DNA of 36,569 bases from Candidatus Kapaibacterium sp. (lineage in GTDB: Bacteria > Bacteroidota > Ignavibacteria > Kapaibacteriales > Kapaibacteriaceae): assembly GCA_025455735.1 (NCBI GenBank), contig JALOMA010000001.1:1-36569 (forward strand), read 5' to 3'. Numbering within the stretch: position 1 is the stretch's first letter; every line of letters begins with the position of its first letter. The translations under genes and the position numbers were made by a program. Under the pieces are notes generated by a model, which was given only the letters and a program-made list of their open reading frames with translations, was not told the DNA's origin and did no database searches. This document shows, one piece after another, positions 36,001-36,569 of this stretch.

Positions 36001-36324
36001 CCTATTTACGACATTGCCTTGGACGACATCAATGGCGACGGCAAGCAGGACATACTGCTGGTTGGCAATAGCAAGGAAGCAGACTCCGATGTTGTTGGTT
36101 ATGAAGCGGGTGTGGGGCAAGTGCTTCTGGGGTCCGATCGTGGTTTTGTGGCCGTCAGGCCCGATTCTTCCGGCTGGGATGTTCCAGGCGCTGCCCGCCG
36201 CATTGTTACCGTAGCCGACGCTCTTGGTGGAACAACGTATATCGTGGGAATCAATAATGGCTGGCCACGTGTTTTCCGTCGGAATGGTCCAGTACGCCCC
36301 CCCGTTGGCCGCAAACGCCCATAG
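33070..36324 (+). CDS. Secreted FG-GAP/VCBS repeat protein with a central ASPIC/UnbV domain (CRTAC1-like)
   Basis: It starts at a GTG and has a signal peptide (WYVLAAVALARMCNFAPILAQS). There are many FG-GAP calcium-binding loops (DIDGDRLPD, DYDRDGDLD, DVDNDGWPD, DLDADGDLD, DVDGDGDLD, DMDGDGDLD, DVDGDGDVD). The ASPIC/UnbV-like block is GARLTVWAAGTAYVRELNGARGYLSTSQHIVHVGLG. Confidence 0.8.
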   Translation: MIPSRTSLPPAWRYRWYVLAAVALARMCNFAPILAQSFERISPDQSNVRFANHIAESDTFNIIKDFYAYNGGGVAVGDIDGDRLPDIIFTSTGNGIHVYRNRGGFRFEDVSKRSNMVDTGITCGILLADITGDGFLDAYVCRRYAPNSLYVNDGTGVFRDMAAVYGLDVNINSNNAVALDYDRDGDLDLYIVTNGEPRRQGHINPGISDRLFRNDETTFTDVTSGAGLGDKGYGLSATVSDVDNDGWPDIYVANDFEERDILYINQRDGTFKNEILKRLQSMSQFSMGSDIADINNDGYTDIGVVDMLPETHYRRMTQVGGLSIYGPFFDSTQRIHNTLQLNRGNGRFSDICFLAGIAATDWSWSILFSDFDHDGLQDIFIGNGTKRDLGDQDFIYSVRFSDTARTDGYRTIPRSWTPNYLYRNSNGLQFKNVTNASGVGDSIVANGVALADLDADGDLDIVINTTDTVAFLYRNNAVEQSLGSWVTFSCKGRGRNTDGIGARLTVWAAGTAYVRELNGARGYLSTSQHIVHVGLGKAMAIDSVVVVWPDGTTSTHRSLTARRHHVLVQENTMPWSAPLPPQRFVDDMPKSVLSFRHRENNYDDFKRERLLPYRFSRQGPGIASGDVNGDGRLDVVLTGPKYSSTSVWLQQNDATFVECKQCIPAYDESEDVDAQLADVDGDGDLDLIVITGGNEFDAEDVELEDRLYVNDGKGGFTVVDGAFPTGRHSGSSIAMADMDGDGDLDALVGGRVVPGRFPEVPRTVLLRNDGGRFVDVTRAKAPSLEYCGMTTKVVFADIDGNKSADIIVVGEWMTPRILLNSKGVFTDATTRFGLDGYEGWWTGLAVGDVDGDGDVDLICGNLGRNSRFPTSKEAPIEYVAADFDDNGSIDPLLSQVVNGKRVPTRDRNVLLTHLPTYARRYVTYRSYALASLDDLIPEGFSGTMLRGKVTTYVSMIFRNDGGKRFVAEELPLEAQIAPIYDIALDDINGDGKQDILLVGNSKEADSDVVGYEAGVGQVLLGSDRGFVAVRPDSSGWDVPGAARRIVTVADALGGTTYIVGINNGWPRVFRRNGPVRPPVGRKRP

Positions 36325-36413
36325 GGGAAGGCTGCCTGCACCGGAGACCCTATATTTGTCTGGCGAACAGTCCTGCACGCTACATTCGCTCATTTTTTGA
36401 CCCTATTTCAGCT

Positions 36414-36569
36414 ATGAAACTCTGGATTTTCGTCTGTATGGTCGTTTGTGCGGCCGCACACCATGGCCATGCGGCTGGTGGCCCTAGCGGGGCAAAGCTT
36501 GTGCATGAGTGGAATCGTACGGTGATTGAAGTCATCATGGAGGACGGGTTTGGTCCGCCCATTGCAGCG
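36414..36569 (+). CDS. 5' end of a secreted protein (3' truncated by the window), possibly vanadium-haloperoxidase/PAP2-like
   Basis: This ORF is not in the ORF track. ATG at 36414 is in frame to the window end: MKLWIFVCMVVCAAAHHGHAAGGPSGAKLVHEWNRTVIEVIMEDGFGPPIAA. It has a signal peptide followed by a WN..v.e.i.....PP.a pattern, which is reminiscent of that family. The functional call is weak. Confidence 0.4.
   Translation, partial: MKLWIFVCMVVCAAAHHGHAAGGPSGAKLVHEWNRTVIEVIMEDGFGPPIAA

Overview
This is a chromosomal segment of about 36.6 kb. GC is roughly 55-62% by spot counts, with local dips to about 45%. The host bacterium shows FCB-group hallmarks: a T9SS-type C-terminal sorting domain, TAnnTTTG-like -7 promoter boxes, a long S1 protein and a small SRP RNA.

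Most of the window is housekeeping. Left to right it holds:
- a 5'-truncated AddB-like Fe-S nuclease;
- a Lon-like protease with a degenerate AAA module;
- a minus-strand zinc-homeostasis operon (COG0523 GTPase, Zur, COG0523 GTPase) behind a perfect palindromic operator candidate;
- purH, folC and rpsA;
- a small unknown ORF, then tRNA-Arg(UCU), hmgA and an SRP (4.5S-type) RNA that the ORF track cannot show;
- rng, dxr, rseP and surE.

The right half (about 19.6-36.5 kb) is a strand-switching envelope and surface-glycan mosaic. It contains two methyltransferases, one GT4 glycosyltransferase, a secreted Kelch + L-type lectin + T9SS-CTD protein, an AEC transporter and a LytTR regulator with a pseudo-receiver. 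It continues with an AsnB-type amidotransferase, a heparinase II/III-like protein, a Wzx flippase translationally coupled to FtsX-like and LptF/G-like permeases, a 1084-aa FG-GAP/ASPIC (CRTAC1-like) protein, and the start of a secreted protein.

I see no CRISPR array, transposase, integrase, prophage or recognisable defence system. I cannot honestly point to a clear-cut novel multi-gene system. The best candidates for follow-up are the AddB-like/LonC-like gene pair, the Zur operon with its operator, the small ORF and repeat-rich region next to tRNA-Arg, and the unusual glycan mosaic around the Kelch-lectin protein. All function calls rest on motif recognition by eye, because no searches could be run.
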